Assembly (NCBI GenBank): GCA_963663165.1
Contig: OY760175.1
Coordinates: 3,800,153-3,864,152, forward strand
DNA length: 64,000 bases
Origin: an uncultured Desulfospira sp.
Lineage (GTDB): Bacteria > Desulfobacterota > Desulfobacteria > Desulfobacterales > Desulfobacteraceae
Direction: 5' to 3'
The translations under genes were made by a program, and so were the position numbers. A model generated the notes under the pieces. The model was given only the letters and a program-made list of their open reading frames with translations. It did not search any database and was not told where the DNA came from. This document shows, piece after piece, positions 18,838 through 28,106 of the stretch. How positions within the stretch are numbered: the first letter of the stretch is position 1; each line of letters starts with the position of its first letter.

Positions 18838-18928
18838 TTTCAGAAAAATTTGTAATCCTCAAACCCTTTATGGTTGCTCCGCTTGCAAATTTTTCTGCGC
18901 CTTGAATCTGGGCAACTTTTCACCCAAA
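18838..18928. repeat. About 90-bp dispersed repeat (copy A)
   Basis: ...TGTAATCCTCAAA...TTGCAAATTTTTCTGCGCCTTGAATCTGGGCAACTTTTCACCCAAA aligns by eye with 43192-43286. Confidence 0.6.
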
Positions 18929-19122
18929 CACGGGTTTTCGCTCAGGCACAAATTAGGTGAGCCAAATCTGATGTCTTAATCCAAATGTTTTTAAAATCTA
19001 TCTGTTATTTAAAAGAATCGCAAGAATTTTATCCATGGCCACGCAAGAAGGTTGGATGGATATAAAGAAATACCGATCCAAGGGCAGAATCCGGGCCGCC
19101 GGGGTTATCCTCCTTTTTTTGG

Positions 19123-20799
19123 CTATCTGCCCGTCCCGCTGGAAAAATCAATGGACAACAGATAGGACCTTAAATTTTTCTTTTTGTTTTTGATCCCGAG
19201 CTTCTTTCTTAAATTGTGGCGATGGATCTGAATGGTGTTTACCGACAGGTTCATCAGGTCGGCAATATCTTTGTTGGTTTTGCCTTCCCGGACCAGGGCG
19301 GCGACCTCGATTTCCCTGGCGGTCATGTCCGGATGATCCGTTACCACCCGCCTCATGAAGGGTGTAATGATATCATTGAGGTGGGATTCAAGAATCTCAA
19401 GGTAGTTCAGCTGGTTCATGTTCAGGCCCATTTTTTTGAGCTGGTATACATAGGGAAGGGCCAGCTCCTTGACGTTCATGATGATTCGCCTTTCCATCTC
19501 TTTTTGATCGTCCTCCCGCTGGGCCAGCAGCACCTTTAAAGCGGTATTGGTTTCTTCTAAGCGAATAGATTTTCTTTCAAGCTCAGCCTCCCTTGATTCA
19601 AGCTCTTTCTCGGCCAGTTTTCTGGCCGTATGGTCCATGGAGATCATCCCGACCACCAGGCGATTCCGGGTATCCCGCAAAGGAAATTTAACCGTATGAA
19701 AATAGTGGAACCCGCCGGGGAAATTCATGGTTTCTTCCAGCTCCAGTGATTTTCCCTGCCTGAGGATTTCCTGATTGGACCGGCTGATTTTTTGAGCGGT
19801 TTCAGATGAGAAGATATCTTCAAATCGTTTCCCCAGAACCAGATCCGCTTTTAACCCCACCAGGTTTTCCCATGCCGGATTGACCAGTTCAATGGTTCCG
19901 TCGGCACTGAAGACACTGATGGGCGCCGGCAGATTTTTTAAAAAAGAATGGAGGTATTCATGGGTTTGCCGGTAATTTTGCTCAATCTTGCGCTGCTGGG
20001 TAATATTCAAGGTGATGAAAACCACCCCCTGGACCCTGCCATCCTCATCTTTCACAGGGCTTGCCACTTCAATAAATGTCCTGCCGTCCTCCAGGAGGGT
20101 TTCCTTTTTTTTAACTTCGCCGGCCTTAAAGGTTTCCAGAGGAGAGCACTCTTTTATGCACGGGGTGGACCGCCCCCAGATCAATTCATAGCAATATGGG
20201 TGGATGGGGCTTTCAGAACGGCTCCGGCCCAGCAAACCGGCGTTATCCCAAACGATACGGCGATCCGGGTCCAGGTACTTGATGTCGACCAGCCCTTCCA
20301 GTGCGTCCAGGATCGCCTGCTTTTCAGATTCTGACTGTTTCAGGGCCTGCAGGGCGGCCTGGTGTCCGGAGAGCTGTTCTTCTTGTTGTTCTTTTTCCCG
20401 GGTAATGTCCAGAAGAATACCGGCCACGGTCTGCAAGGGGTTGCGATCGCTGCGCTTAACCATGGCAAAGCGATCCCGGACCCAGCGAAATCCTTTGTTT
20501 TTCAACTTTACCCGGTATTCGATTTCACAGGGTTGATTTTCAAGGTCTGTACAATGGGTTATGATCTCGGGGGTTATGATTTTGGCAACCCGTTCCCTAT
20601 CGTCTTTATGGATCATTTTTTTCCACGTGGAACGGCTGTATTGAACGCTTCCCGGTGTTTCTTCCAGCATCCCTGAACAATCATCAAAAATCATCATCCC
20701 GGTTGCCACATCCCACTCATAAACCGTTAGTCCTGTGCCACAGACAGCCTGGAATACTCTTTTTCTGGCCTTGGAATCGACCTGGTTAATGGATACCAT
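19123..20799 (-). CDS. Multi-PAS sensor fused to LuxR/GerE-type HTH regulator
   Basis: 558 aa with several PAS-like blocks and coiled coils. C-terminal TAREIEVAALVREGKTNKDIADLMNLSVNTIQIHRHNLRKKLG is a GerE HTH. Confidence 0.85.
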   Translation of the reverse strand: MVSINQVDSKARKRVFQAVCGTGLTVYEWDVATGMMIFDDCSGMLEETPGSVQYSRSTWKKMIHKDDRERVAKIITPEIITHCTDLENQPCEIEYRVKLKNKGFRWVRDRFAMVKRSDRNPLQTVAGILLDITREKEQQEEQLSGHQAALQALKQSESEKQAILDALEGLVDIKYLDPDRRIVWDNAGLLGRSRSESPIHPYCYELIWGRSTPCIKECSPLETFKAGEVKKKETLLEDGRTFIEVASPVKDEDGRVQGVVFITLNITQQRKIEQNYRQTHEYLHSFLKNLPAPISVFSADGTIELVNPAWENLVGLKADLVLGKRFEDIFSSETAQKISRSNQEILRQGKSLELEETMNFPGGFHYFHTVKFPLRDTRNRLVVGMISMDHTARKLAEKELESREAELERKSIRLEETNTALKVLLAQREDDQKEMERRIIMNVKELALPYVYQLKKMGLNMNQLNYLEILESHLNDIITPFMRRVVTDHPDMTAREIEVAALVREGKTNKDIADLMNLSVNTIQIHRHNLRKKLGIKNKKKNLRSYLLSIDFSSGTGR

Positions 20800-20830
20800 T
20801 GAATAGGTCCTGTTTAGATTTTCTACTATA

Positions 20831-20855
20831 AAACAGCTATATTTATTAGCTGTTT
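20831..20855. promoter_or_regulatory. Perfect 9-bp palindrome AAACAGCTA-N7-TAGCTGTTT upstream of the PAS-LuxR gene
   Basis: Located 32 nt upstream of the minus-strand start at 20799, in the divergent intergenic region shared with dctP. Candidate operator. Confidence 0.3.
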
Positions 20856-21108
20856 TTTTAATGTTGAATCAATATATTCAGTTAAGATAAGTATAACTAC
20901 ACTGAGCAAGAGATAATGGCAAGACAATTTACGTTTGATTGGTAAGCACCATACCATGTTCCAAAGCACTTAAACGGGGCCATCACAGCGGAAGGCAGGC
21001 CGATGCCGATTTTTTAACAGACGATGAGAAATGCGGCCTTATATTCAAATTATTCAGGAATAAGACCGGGTCAGCAATAAAAACCGTTTTAGCAAAAGGA
21101 GATTGAGT

Positions 21109-22122
21109 ATGAGCAAAACAGTTAAAGTATTCATGTGTGTCTTGTTGTCCATCGGCTTTGTTTCGTCAAGCGCGTTTTGCGGCCCCATGGTTATAAAAGG
21201 CATAACTGCCTTTCCCAAAAACCATCTGTCCAATGATCCGGTCCACATTTTCGTAGAAAAAATAAACCAGCGGGCCCAGGGGAAATTAAAAATAGACTGG
21301 GTAGGGGGGCCTGAAGTTCTGAAGTCCTTTGATCAGATTCACGCCCTGAAAGCCGGAACCATTGATATGCTGTTATATTATCCCTTTCCTTATATGAAGT
21401 CCCTGGTGCCGGTGGCTGAGGCCAAAGCGTTAAGCGAACTCACCCAGTGGGAAGAACGCGAATCCGGCGCTTTTGACCTGTTAAGTGAAATCCTGGCGAA
21501 AAAGGCCAATGCAAAATATATCGGCAGCCCTCACAGTTTTCTGGGCTACCATATTTACACCAATAAAAAAATCCTGAGCATTGATGATTTCAAAGGCTTA
21601 AAAATCCGGGCTCAGCCCCTTTATGTCCCGTTGCTCAAGGCCCTTGGGGCCACCCCCCTGACCATGCCGGCACCGGAAATATACACAGCCATGGAACGGG
21701 GTGTGGTGGACGGGTTTATGTGGCCCAAAGTCGGCATGATCAGCTGGGGCCTCCAGGAGGTCACCAAGTACGTGGTTGAGCCGTCTATTTTTCGTATGGG
21801 CCAGGCCGTTCTCATGAACATGGACAAATGGAACAAGCTGCCCAAAGATATGCAGGACCTTTTCAGCGAGGTGATGCAGGATATTGAATACATTGGGACC
21901 ATGAGAAACATCATGATCGGCGAATATGAAGACAACGTCCGAAGACAGGCCGGGATGGAATATCTTAAACTCTCACCGGCCGATGCTGAAACGTTCGTTA
22001 AGACAGCTTATGAAAAAACATGGGAACTGGTATTGAAAAAAGCACCCGAATACGGCCCAAAGCTTCAACAGCTGTCTTCAAAACAGGCCGTGCCCAAAGG
22101 CAAATTTCCCTGGAAAAACTAA
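21109..22122 (+). CDS. dctP: TRAP transporter substrate-binding protein (DctP family)
   Basis: ATG at 21109 after AAAGGAG. Signal peptide present. The block ...KIDWVGGPEVLKSFDQIHALKAGTIDM... is shared with the other two binding proteins in this window. Confidence 0.85.
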   Translation: MSKTVKVFMCVLLSIGFVSSSAFCGPMVIKGITAFPKNHLSNDPVHIFVEKINQRAQGKLKIDWVGGPEVLKSFDQIHALKAGTIDMLLYYPFPYMKSLVPVAEAKALSELTQWEERESGAFDLLSEILAKKANAKYIGSPHSFLGYHIYTNKKILSIDDFKGLKIRAQPLYVPLLKALGATPLTMPAPEIYTAMERGVVDGFMWPKVGMISWGLQEVTKYVVEPSIFRMGQAVLMNMDKWNKLPKDMQDLFSEVMQDIEYIGTMRNIMIGEYEDNVRRQAGMEYLKLSPADAETFVKTAYEKTWELVLKKAPEYGPKLQQLSSKQAVPKGKFPWKN

Positions 22123-22288
22123 TCCTCCCCCCTGCCAAAGCCGGTCTCCCTGACGGGTTTGGCAGGCAATGCATTCTGGTTATTTACCGGAAAGCCCAAA
22201 ACAGCCCCTTGCAGGGGATTTGAAACATTTATGACGGATGGTTTGGATTTTATACCCCAAGGGATGGACTGTTTACGAAAGGTGACTC

Positions 22289-22777
22289 ATGAAGCAAAAA
22301 TTCTTTGATCCAATTATCAATTTCATGGCGTTTCTGGCCGGAACCGCTCTGGTTGCGGCGGTAGTGATTGTCTGTTTTGAAATCTGCATGCGGTACTTTT
22401 TTCACCGGCCCCAGATATGGACCGTTGAAGTCTGTGAGTATATCCTTTTTGGCATGACGTTTCTGGGTGCTCCCTGGCTGCTTAAAACCGGGGGCCACGT
22501 CAACATTGACGTTGTCATGTCCCAATTTGGGGCCAGGGGCCAGGCCGGTTTTAAGCTGTTCTATTCGGGCATGGGGATTTTAACCTGTCTTATCATCAGC
22601 TGGTTTTCCATTGCAACAGCCATTGAGTGCTATGAATCATCTGTTCTGATCATTAAAGCCTTAAGCCTGCCCAAGCATTATTTCATCATATTAATGGCCG
22701 TGAGCTATTTTTTACTTTTTGTTGAATTTACAGGAACGTTCCTGGACAGCCTGAAACAGATAAGAAAGGACATTTAA
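22289..22777 (+). CDS. dctQ: TRAP transporter small permease (DctQ)
   Basis: 162 aa with 4 TM helices. Sits directly upstream of and abutting dctM. Confidence 0.85.
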   Translation: MKQKFFDPIINFMAFLAGTALVAAVVIVCFEICMRYFFHRPQIWTVEVCEYILFGMTFLGAPWLLKTGGHVNIDVVMSQFGARGQAGFKLFYSGMGILTCLIISWFSIATAIECYESSVLIIKALSLPKHYFIILMAVSYFLLFVEFTGTFLDSLKQIRKDI

Positions 22778-24085
22778 ATGGAATGGTGGTTGATTCTCCT
22801 GTTGATCGTCGGTGGATTCTTGTGTCTTCTGGCATCGGGCATGCCGGTATTTCTTGCGTTTACCCTCATTGATATTCTTGGCATCTATTTTTTATGGGGC
22901 GGCAGTGCAGGCCTGGGCCAGCTGATCCACTCCATTTTCTCTTCCACGTGCAGTTTTGTTTTACTGCCGGTCCCTTTGTTCGTCCTGATGGGAGAACTAC
23001 TGTTCTATTCGGGCGCCTTTATCCGGGCCATTGACACCCTGGACAAATGGATGGGACGGCTGCCGGGCAGGCTGTGCATTCTCAGCGTGGGAGGGGCCAC
23101 TATTTTTTCAACCCTGAGCGGATCAAGCATGGGAACGGCTGCCATGCTGGGCTCTTTGCTGCTTCCGGATATGATGGAAAGGGGATATCACAAGCACATT
23201 TCCATTGGCGCCTGCATGAGCGGCTCCCTGGCCATGATTATCCCGCCGAGCGCCCTGGCAGTCATTTTAGGGTCCCTGGCCGAGGTATCCATCGGGAAGC
23301 TGCTGATTTCCGGGATTGTACCGGGACTGCTCATCGCCTCCCTGTATATTGCCTATATCGTCATCCGGTGCATGATTCAGCCCCACCTGGCGCCGGCCTA
23401 TGAAACCGAAAAAGTCCCCTGGCCGGAAAAAATCACCTCTTTGATGAAAAATGTGATGCCCTTTACCATTATTATATTTATTGTCACCGGCCTGATCTTT
23501 GCCGGCCTTGCAACACCGACAGAATCGGCGGCCATGGGGGTTGTGGCCACCATAGCCGTCATTTTTTTCTACGGCAGACTGACCATGGATGTTTTAAAGA
23601 AATCCATCATTGCCACCCTTAAAATAACGGTGATGATGCTGATGATTTTAACCGGATCTACCGCTTTCAGCCAAATTCTGGCATTTACCGGTGCCGGCCG
23701 GGGGCTTGTGGAGCTGGTGGTCGGTTTTCAGATGCCGGACCTGTCCATTATTATCATGATGCAGCTGATGATGATTCTTCTGGGAACCTTTATGGAACAG
23801 GTCTCCATCATGATGATCACCTTCCCGATTTTCATGCCCATTGTTCTGGCTTTGGGATTTGACCCGGTCTGGTTCGGACTGCTGGTTCTGATCAATATGC
23901 AGATCGGAATGACAACCCCGCCTTTCGGGTTATGCCTGTTTGTCATGAGAGGGGTGGCCCCGCCCGGAATTCAGATGATGGATATTTATAAATCGGTCCT
24001 GCCCTTTATCACCATTGATATGATGACCATGCTGCTGATCATGTTTTTCCCCGGGATTGCTTTGTTTTTAACTCATTTCATGTGA
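22778..24085 (+). CDS. dctM: TRAP transporter large permease (DctM)
   Basis: 435 aa, polytopic. Shows the conserved GxxxGxPVAFxL-type N-terminus and the SGSS..TAAMLG motif. Confidence 0.9.
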   Translation: MEWWLILLLIVGGFLCLLASGMPVFLAFTLIDILGIYFLWGGSAGLGQLIHSIFSSTCSFVLLPVPLFVLMGELLFYSGAFIRAIDTLDKWMGRLPGRLCILSVGGATIFSTLSGSSMGTAAMLGSLLLPDMMERGYHKHISIGACMSGSLAMIIPPSALAVILGSLAEVSIGKLLISGIVPGLLIASLYIAYIVIRCMIQPHLAPAYETEKVPWPEKITSLMKNVMPFTIIIFIVTGLIFAGLATPTESAAMGVVATIAVIFFYGRLTMDVLKKSIIATLKITVMMLMILTGSTAFSQILAFTGAGRGLVELVVGFQMPDLSIIIMMQLMMILLGTFMEQVSIMMITFPIFMPIVLALGFDPVWFGLLVLINMQIGMTTPPFGLCLFVMRGVAPPGIQMMDIYKSVLPFITIDMMTMLLIMFFPGIALFLTHFM

Positions 24086-24141
24086 ACCGCTTCTAAACTG
24101 ATGAAGATAAGCGTTTAAGCCATTTTTTTAAATTTTAACCG

Positions 24142-26295
24142 ATGGGTATAAGGAATATGCGAAACCGCACAATAACCACAAATGACCTGATCAAAGCCAA
24201 AATTCCCGGAAAGGATACCGGGATTGATATCCGGCCGACCAACTGCGCCATCTGCACCCAGAACTGCGGCATTAATGCCTATGTCAAAGACGGTATGGTG
24301 GTTAAAATTGAAGGGACCCCTGAAAACAGCGCCACCGGGGGAAAACTCTGCTGCAAAGGCGCGGCAAACCGGCAGTATATCTACCATAACGACCGCATCC
24401 GATCCCCCATGTTAAGGAAGGGGAAATCCGGTACGTTAACAGCCGTCTCCTGGGATGAGGCCATGGATTTTTTTGCCCGGAACCTGCTGAAAATCAAGGC
24501 AGAATCCGGACCTGAATCCGTGGTTTTCTTCGCCGGATATCCCAAGCGGTTCCGGCCTTTTCTAAAAAGGCTTGCCCTTGGGTTCGGCAGTCCCAATTAC
24601 TGTTCAGAGTCCAGCACCTGCTTTTTTGCAACGGTCATGGCCAATAAACTCAACTACGGCATGGGCGGCGGGCCGGATATGGCCCATACCCAGTGTCTGA
24701 TGGTCTGGAGCGCCAATCCCTTTCATTCTAAAACATCGGCAGCCAAAAGCCTGGTCACCGCCATTGAAAACGGCCTGAAAATCATAGAGGTCGGGCCAAT
24801 GATCACCCCGATCTCCCGCCACGCACAGTTTCATCTTAAGCTGCGGCCCGGCACATCCGGGGCATTGGCCCTGGGGATGGCCCATGTGATCATGGAAGAA
24901 AATCTCTATGACCGCGACTTCATTGAGAACTGGACCGTTGGGTTTGATGAGTTTAAAGCCTATGCCAAAGAATTTACCCCGGCGGCTGTCCAACAGATCA
25001 CATCGGTCCCGGCCAAGGATATCATCGGGGCGGCACGGCTTTTTGCCACCGTAAAACCCGCGGCCATCCTGAGTGGGGCCAGCCCCACGGTTCACCACAC
25101 CAATGGCGTCCAGAATCACCGGGCCATCACGGCCCTCATCGGCCTGACCGGGAATTTTGACCGGCCCGGCGGCAATCACCCGGTTCCCACATCCTATTAT
25201 CACCAGCCCACAGGCCTGGTCACCCGGGAACATGAATTTGAACAGGTCCGGCCCTTTGAAGAGATGCCGCCGAGAATCGGCCAGGATGTTCATCCGGTCT
25301 GGTGTAAACTGGTCCACGAAGCCCAGTCCATGCATATCCCCTTTCAGATCAACAGCCAAAAGCCCTATCCCATCAAGGCCATGGTGGGGTTTGGCTTGAA
25401 TTACCGCATGTGGCCCGGCTCTGATCATATGCGGGACAGCCTGAAAAAACTGGATTTTCTGGTGGTCACAGACCTTTTCATGACCGATACGGCAAAGCTT
25501 GCGGACCTGGTGCTTCCGGCATGCAGCTCTTTTGAAAAAAGTGATCTTCGCATCTGGCCCAACCGGTACGCCCTCTGGTCCCAGCCGGCCATTGATCCGG
25601 TAGGAGAATCCCGGCCCGACGCGGATATCATTATTGAAATGGCGGACCGGCTCGGCCTGAAGGATGAGCTGATGCAAAAGGGCCCAGAGGCCTGTCTGGA
25701 CTGGATGTTTAAACCTTCGGGCATCACCGTTGAACAGATCCGAAAACACCCCAAAGGGTGTCAGATCGACCGCCCCATGCCAGGGTATGAAAAATACAAA
25801 AAAACCGGCTTTCCCACCCCCTCGGGGAAGATGGAATTTTCATCGTCCATTCTCAAAGAGGCCGGGGTTGACCCCCTTCCCACATATACGGAGCCCAAGC
25901 ACAGCCCGGTATCAACGCCTGACATTGCCCGGGATTTCCCCTTTATCCTGTCCACGGGCTCCCGGCTGCCCATGTTTGTCCACTCCAGAACCTTCCGGCT
26001 TTCCTCAACCCGGCGGCTTCGGCCGGACCCCATGGTGGACATCAATCCCACAGATGCCAAAGCCAAAGGGATATCCCAGGCAGATCCGGTGATATTGTCC
26101 ACCCCCCGGGCTTCCATGACCGTGAAAGCCAACCTCACCCAACGGGTGCCGCCCGGGGTGCTGGCCATGCTTCACGGATACCCGGAAGCGGATATTAATG
26201 AGCTCATTGACCCGGACTACCGGGACCCTGTTTCAGGGTTTCCGGGATTCAAGTCCCTGTTAGGCAATATTGAAAAGATAGAGAATGGAGAGTAA
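24142..26295 (+). CDS. Molybdopterin (bis-MGD) oxidoreductase catalytic subunit with N-terminal [4Fe-4S] motif, no Tat leader
   Basis: 717 aa. CAICTQNCGINAYVKDG...CCKG is the CxxCxxxC...C cluster motif. ISWDEAMDF-type block and C-terminal beta-barrel domain present. An alternative start at 24157 is possible. Confidence 0.85.
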   Translation: MGIRNMRNRTITTNDLIKAKIPGKDTGIDIRPTNCAICTQNCGINAYVKDGMVVKIEGTPENSATGGKLCCKGAANRQYIYHNDRIRSPMLRKGKSGTLTAVSWDEAMDFFARNLLKIKAESGPESVVFFAGYPKRFRPFLKRLALGFGSPNYCSESSTCFFATVMANKLNYGMGGGPDMAHTQCLMVWSANPFHSKTSAAKSLVTAIENGLKIIEVGPMITPISRHAQFHLKLRPGTSGALALGMAHVIMEENLYDRDFIENWTVGFDEFKAYAKEFTPAAVQQITSVPAKDIIGAARLFATVKPAAILSGASPTVHHTNGVQNHRAITALIGLTGNFDRPGGNHPVPTSYYHQPTGLVTREHEFEQVRPFEEMPPRIGQDVHPVWCKLVHEAQSMHIPFQINSQKPYPIKAMVGFGLNYRMWPGSDHMRDSLKKLDFLVVTDLFMTDTAKLADLVLPACSSFEKSDLRIWPNRYALWSQPAIDPVGESRPDADIIIEMADRLGLKDELMQKGPEACLDWMFKPSGITVEQIRKHPKGCQIDRPMPGYEKYKKTGFPTPSGKMEFSSSILKEAGVDPLPTYTEPKHSPVSTPDIARDFPFILSTGSRLPMFVHSRTFRLSSTRRLRPDPMVDINPTDAKAKGISQADPVILSTPRASMTVKANLTQRVPPGVLAMLHGYPEADINELIDPDYRDPVSGFPGFKSLLGNIEKIENGE

Positions 26296-26297
26296 CC

Positions 26298-26822
26298 ATG
26301 GCCCAACTGACCTTTACATTTGATTTTTCAAGGTGTTCCGGATGCTATGCCTGTGTGACGGCCTGTCAGGACCAGAATGATTTTACGGGCAATGAAACGG
26401 CCTTCAGACATGTGACCGCTTTAGAAACTGGGGAGTTCCCCGATGCCCGGATTTCATATTTTTCCATATCCTGTCTGCATTGCGGAGACCCCCAGTGTCT
26501 TACGGTCTGCCCGGTGAATGCCATTTATAAAGATGAAAAGAACGGCATTGTCCGGGTAGAGCGGGATCTGTGCATCGGATGCCGCAGCTGTGAGCTGGTC
26601 TGTCCTTTCGGGGCGCCCAAGTTTGCCCATGACCGGCTGATGGCAAAGTGTGACATGTGTACCCTGAGAATGAAACACAACCTGGCCCCGGCCTGTGTTC
26701 GTGCCTGCCCCACAGAAGCGTTGGGCATCCAGGCCGTTGATGATGCATCAGAACAAAAGGCGGAATCGGCATCCATCCAGATCCTCAAAGCGGCGGCGGC
26801 CGGCACCCTGGGGAAAGACTAA
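26298..26822 (+). CDS. 4Fe-4S dicluster electron-transfer subunit (DmsB-like)
   Basis: 174 aa with four Cys groups: CSGCYACVTAC, CLHCGDPQCLTVCP, CIGCRSCELVCP and CDMC...C. Starts 2 nt after the Mo subunit stop. Confidence 0.85.
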   Translation: MAQLTFTFDFSRCSGCYACVTACQDQNDFTGNETAFRHVTALETGEFPDARISYFSISCLHCGDPQCLTVCPVNAIYKDEKNGIVRVERDLCIGCRSCELVCPFGAPKFAHDRLMAKCDMCTLRMKHNLAPACVRACPTEALGIQAVDDASEQKAESASIQILKAAAAGTLGKD

Positions 26823-26823
26823 A

Positions 26824-28047
26824 ATGGAATCACACGGCCCCATGGTCATCATCGGGAACGGCGGTGCCGGGATAGCGGCCGTTAAGGCGTTGCGGTCCGC
26901 CGGGTTTTCAGGCGAGATCTGTATGGTGTCCAACACAAAGGGACCGGCCTTTAACCCCATGCTGGCACCGTATTTTTTAAAAGGGGCCATTCCCTGGGAC
27001 AGGTGTTTCCCCTTAGCAAAGGATTTTTATAACACATACCAGGTCAATTGCTGCTTTGGCAACCCCGTCAGCCACATGGATACTACGGCCAATGTTATTT
27101 TTCTGGCCGACAATTCAGTTGTGCCATATGGCAAATGCCTGATTGCCACCGGGGCTAACCCTGTGATCCCCCCGGTGCCCGGGCTTGCTGAATCTTCAAA
27201 GGCCTTTGCCTTGCGCACCGCAGCCCATACCCGGGTCCTTGGAAAAGAGATGGCATCAGCCAAAACCGTGGTGATCATGGGGGCCTCCCTTGTGGGCCTT
27301 AAGCTTGCCGAAATCCTGACCAAAAGAAAGATCAGGGTGATCTTAGTGGATATTGCGCCCCAAATGTTTGCTCAAGGGGCCCACCCCGAAACGGCGGCGC
27401 ACCTTGAAACCTATTTTAAACAGCACGGGGTAGATACCCGATTGGGATGCGGCATTGACCAGCTTGAAGATACCCCCAAAGGGGTTATCTGTTCCATCTG
27501 CGAAGAGGCGGTTGCGGCGGATTTGGTGGCGGTCTGCACGGGCATTCGCCCCAATATGGACTTTTTAAGCGATTCGTCCCTGGTTACGGAACAGGCCATC
27601 TGTGTGGATGAAAGCATGCAGACCAGTATTCAGGGAATATATGCGGCCGGGGATGTCTGCCAGGGCAATCACCTTCTTTCCGGCGAGAGCCAATGGCTCG
27701 GGACTTGGGGAAACGCCTGTCTCCAGGGCCGAACGGCCGGCTTGAACATGGCCGGAGCCGATAAAAAATATTTTGGCAACATCCCCCAGCATATCAGCCC
27801 GATTTTTGACTGGAACTATGCCCAGATGGGACAGGTGAATTTCAAAACCGACGATGTTGAACTCATCCGCCGGGGAAATCCCTTTAAGGGCCCCTACTAC
27901 CTGCTGGCATTCCTAAACCATGTCCTGGTCGGTGCCAATCTCATCAACTGCACCCATCAGGCCGGTATCATCCGGGGGCTGATCCTGCGACAGGAAAGCT
28001 TTCACAAGAGGGATAAACAAACATTTTTTCAGCGTCTGTTCAGCTGA
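26824..28047 (+). CDS. FAD-dependent pyridine-nucleotide-disulfide-type oxidoreductase
   Basis: ATG at 26824 gives MESHGPMVIIGNGGAGIAAVKALR (GxGxxG). A second dinucleotide fold is VVIMGASLVGLKLAE, followed by GIYAAGDV. The tracked 26695 start overlaps the ferredoxin gene and is rejected. Confidence 0.85.
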   Translation: MESHGPMVIIGNGGAGIAAVKALRSAGFSGEICMVSNTKGPAFNPMLAPYFLKGAIPWDRCFPLAKDFYNTYQVNCCFGNPVSHMDTTANVIFLADNSVVPYGKCLIATGANPVIPPVPGLAESSKAFALRTAAHTRVLGKEMASAKTVVIMGASLVGLKLAEILTKRKIRVILVDIAPQMFAQGAHPETAAHLETYFKQHGVDTRLGCGIDQLEDTPKGVICSICEEAVAADLVAVCTGIRPNMDFLSDSSLVTEQAICVDESMQTSIQGIYAAGDVCQGNHLLSGESQWLGTWGNACLQGRTAGLNMAGADKKYFGNIPQHISPIFDWNYAQMGQVNFKTDDVELIRRGNPFKGPYYLLAFLNHVLVGANLINCTHQAGIIRGLILRQESFHKRDKQTFFQRLFS

Positions 28048-28058
28048 CAGCAAATGGG

Positions 28059-28093
28059 ATCAAAATGGGGCCGCTAAGAGTAGTTTTGGCAAA
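28059..28093 (+). repeat. 35-bp repeat ATCAAAATGGGGCCGCTA.GAG.A.TTT..GCAAA
   Basis: A second copy lies at 39506-39540. Shorter inverted matches (GGCCCCATTTGATAC) lie at 39756-39770 and 39904-39919. Confidence 0.6.
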
Positions 28094-28106
28094 TGATGAA
28101 AGGTTT

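Noticed and set aside
18877-18905. A sigma54 promoter (GG-N10-GC) on the minus strand of the repeat GGCGCAGAAAAATTTGCA, and likewise at 43240-43256.
   Set aside because: The spacing between the GG and GC elements is 2-3 nt too long in both copies.
24604-25749. Long antisense ORFs inside large genes. Examples are 381 aa at 24604-25749, and ORFs at 42205-42852, 45054-45767, 48778-49407, 57729-58352 and 61995-62630.
   Set aside because: They lie fully within strongly supported genes on the opposite strand and have low-complexity Gly/Pro/Arg-rich translations. No recognisable motifs were seen. These are typical shadow ORFs of GC-rich coding DNA.
26695-26823. The upstream start at 26695 for the flavoprotein (450 aa).
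   Set aside because: It would overlap the ferredoxin gene by 128 nt with an Arg/Pro-rich extension. The ATG at 26824 gives the canonical GxGxxG N-terminus.
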